The position numbers were made by a program, and so were the translations under genes. Under the pieces are notes generated by a model. The model was not told where the DNA came from. It was given only the letters and a program-made list of their open reading frames with translations, and ran no database searches. From Bilabrum cf. latius (lineage: Eukaryota), in NCBI GenBank assembly GCA_965178125.1, contig OZ237767.1, positions 62,001 through 126,000 of the forward strand: 64,000 bases of DNA, written 5' to 3'. This document shows positions 61,890 through 64,000 of this stretch, in pieces (position 1 is the first letter of the stretch; every line of letters begins with the position of its first letter).

Positions 61890-62740
61890 ACGAGGCCAGT
61901 ACATGGCCGAGGCAATCAAGGCAAGCAGCGATCCAAGGATCAGCTGCACCGCGAACCTCTCGAGACGAGCCAGCACGAGGCCAGTACATGGCCGAGCCAA
62001 TCAAGGCAAGCAGCGATCCAGGGATCAGCTGCACCGCGAGGCTCTCGTGCTGAGCCAGCACGAGGCCAGTACATGGCCGAGCCAATCAAGGCAAGCAGCG
62101 ATCCAGGGATCAGCTGCACCGCGAGGCCAGTACATGGCCGAGCCAATCAAGGCAAGCAGCGATCCAGGGATCAGCTGCACCGCGAGGTCAGTACGTGGCC
62201 GAGCCAATCAAGGCAAGCAGCGATCCAGGGATCAGCTGCATTGCGAGGCCGGTACATGGCCGAGCCAATCAAGGCAAGCAGCGATCCAGGGATCAGCTGT
62301 ACTTTGAGGCCAGTACATGGCCGAGGCAATCAAGGCAAGCAGCGATCCAGGGATCAGCTGTACTTTGAGGCCAGTACATGGCCGAGCCAATCAAGGCAAG
62401 CAGCGATCCAGGGATCAGCTGCACCGCGAGGCCAGTACGTGGCTGAGCCAATCAAGGCAAGCAGCGATCCAGGGATCAGCTGCACCGCGAGGCTCTCGAG
62501 ACGAGCCAGCACGAGGCCAGTACATGGCCGAGCCAATCAAGGCAAGCAGCGATCCAGGGATCAGCTGCAGTGCGAGGCCAGTACATGGCCGAGCCAATCA
62601 AGGCAAGCAGCGATCCAGGGATCAGCTGCACCGCTCTCGAGCCGAGCCAGCACGAGGCCGGTACATGGCCGAGTCAATCAAGGCAAGCAGCGATCCAGGG
62701 ATCAGCTGCACTGTGGGGTTATCGAGCCAGCACGAGGCCA
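61890..62740. repeat. 61-nt minisatellite (about 12 units, some with an insert of about 20-24 nt)
   Basis: Unit gaggccagtacatggccgagccaatcaaggcaagcagcgatccagggatcagctgcaccgc. Confidence 0.95.
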
Positions 62741-63261
62741 TCATGCGATGGGTGAGGAGCGTAGGTCCGTGATCGGGTGTTGCCGATTGGTGGAGCGTAT
62801 GCTTGATAGCCTTTCGCAGCGGATGCTTGCTGCACAAGACCCTTGGCGTTTCCCGGGACTGGGCCAGCGACCGCGTGGCATGCGGCCCGGTTGCAGACCG
62901 CATTCCCGTTATGGTGCGTCCCGCATTGGCGGACCCAGGGTCCAAACAAGCGCCTGATACATTTTTGACATGACCGAACGTTTCTGTGGCTAAGCGCCGT
63001 GCCAGGTGCGCAGGGTGCGACAAAAGGGGGTAAGCAACCCCAGCCGCCCAACAGAGGAATTATTTACACGCTATCATAGCGGTATTTGAACCCGAGGTTC
63101 AGCGGCTGGCACCGTGGTAGGCGCACAGCCGGGCTACGGACCGGCACGGCCCGATAGCTCAGAAATGTGTCTTGTAGGTAAGAGTGGCACGAATGGTCCG
63201 GCGTGCTTGGCTCGGAAAACCATGCAACGCCAAACGCATGCTGAAGTCAAAATAACCCGAC

Positions 63262-63642
63262 CCATCCTAGTACGGACAGGGGCACAGCGGCCAGGGAACC
63301 TCGGGGCTAAGCGCGCCCATGCAGGGAGTCGAGCAGGGAGGCTGGGAGTCGAGTCTAGCATGACTCCTCCACAAACCATCACCACAAGAACACCATTTCT
63401 AGAAAATAGAACCCAATCCATCCTAGCACGGACAGGGGCACAGCGGCCAGGGAACCTCGGGGCTAAGCGCGCCCATGCAGGGAGTCGAGCAGGGAGGCTG
63501 GGAGTCGAGTCTAGCATGACTCCTCCACAAACCAGCACCACAAGAACACCCATCCAAAAATAAGTAGAAATAGAACCCAATCCATCCTAGCACGGACAGG
63601 GGCACAGCGGCCAGGGAACCACGGGGCTAAGCGCGCCCATGC
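63262..63642. repeat. About 2.4 tandem copies of a unit of about 156-163 nt
   Basis: ccatcctag.acggacaggggcacagcggccagggaacc.cggggctaagcgcgcccatgc starts near 63262, 63418 and 63581. Confidence 0.9.
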
Positions 63643-64000
63643 GAAAGCGGAGCACAGAGCTACTGAAACACACGCAATCTCGGCCCGCAGGGCCGAGCAC
63701 AAACAGACAACCCAAGATTAATGAAGGCGAAGGGAATACACACGACATGTTGACCCCCATGCCTTACCTTTGTACGGCTGGGGTCTGCTGTATTTACGAA
63801 GGAGTGGGGCGCGCAGGGTTAGTGCCTGCGTAAAGTAACGTGCCATTCCCTCTAGAATGCAATATAGCCTACAGCGATAAGCACCTCTGCCGCGGTCCAT
63901 GTAGATGAATCGGTCGTTTTACTGCATCAATGCGTTTAACTACTATATTTGTATCGATTAGCTCCAGGAATCGATTCAGGGTTGTCGAATTCGGTCAGGT

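Larger units (their letters stand above)
60950..63884 (-). mobile_element. Putative non-autonomous Ngaro/PAT-like element with split direct repeats
   Basis: A 169-bp repeat at 63716-63884 and 61148-61316, and a 153-bp repeat at 61316-61468 and 60950-61102. On the minus strand the order is A1-internal-B1-A2-B2. Confidence 0.6.

Noticed and set aside
61890-62740. CRISPR-like array
   Set aside because: Units are contiguous with no unique spacers and there are no cas genes; it is a minisatellite in a eukaryotic context.
61881-63580. ORFs of 130-358 aa in the terminal repeats
   Set aside because: They are translations of tandem repeats (the 61-nt unit is not a multiple of three) with no protein-like features.

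Overview
GC-rich eukaryotic (protist-like, probably stramenopile; this placement is inference) genomic DNA with GT-AG introns. The dominant signal is a non-standard nuclear genetic code: TAG is read as a sense codon, almost certainly Gln, while TGA and TAA still terminate. More than 60 in-frame TAGs interrupt otherwise open, recognisable genes. They swap with CAG between recent paralogs and fall on conserved Gln positions (MAPK KRQxTxHVVTRWY). Reading TAG as Gln joins the fragmented ORF track into complete genes. The right half (36.5-60.8 kb) is a compact gene block: a secreted GH2 beta-galactosidase-like enzyme, two ELWxxDGT-repeat surface proteins, a P-loop kinase/PfkB fusion, a small membrane protein, a SMYD-type SET protein, an atypical TxH MAPK and a PH-domain protein. 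The left half (1-36.5 kb) is a mosaic of segmental duplications (F-box-like membrane genes, an unknown gene family in three copies, a secreted His/acidic repeat protein in two copies, GH2 fragments) mixed with non-LTR retrotransposon and tyrosine-recombinase debris. The right end holds a non-coding element with Ngaro-like split direct repeats. All translations, counts and coordinates were done by hand and need computational confirmation.
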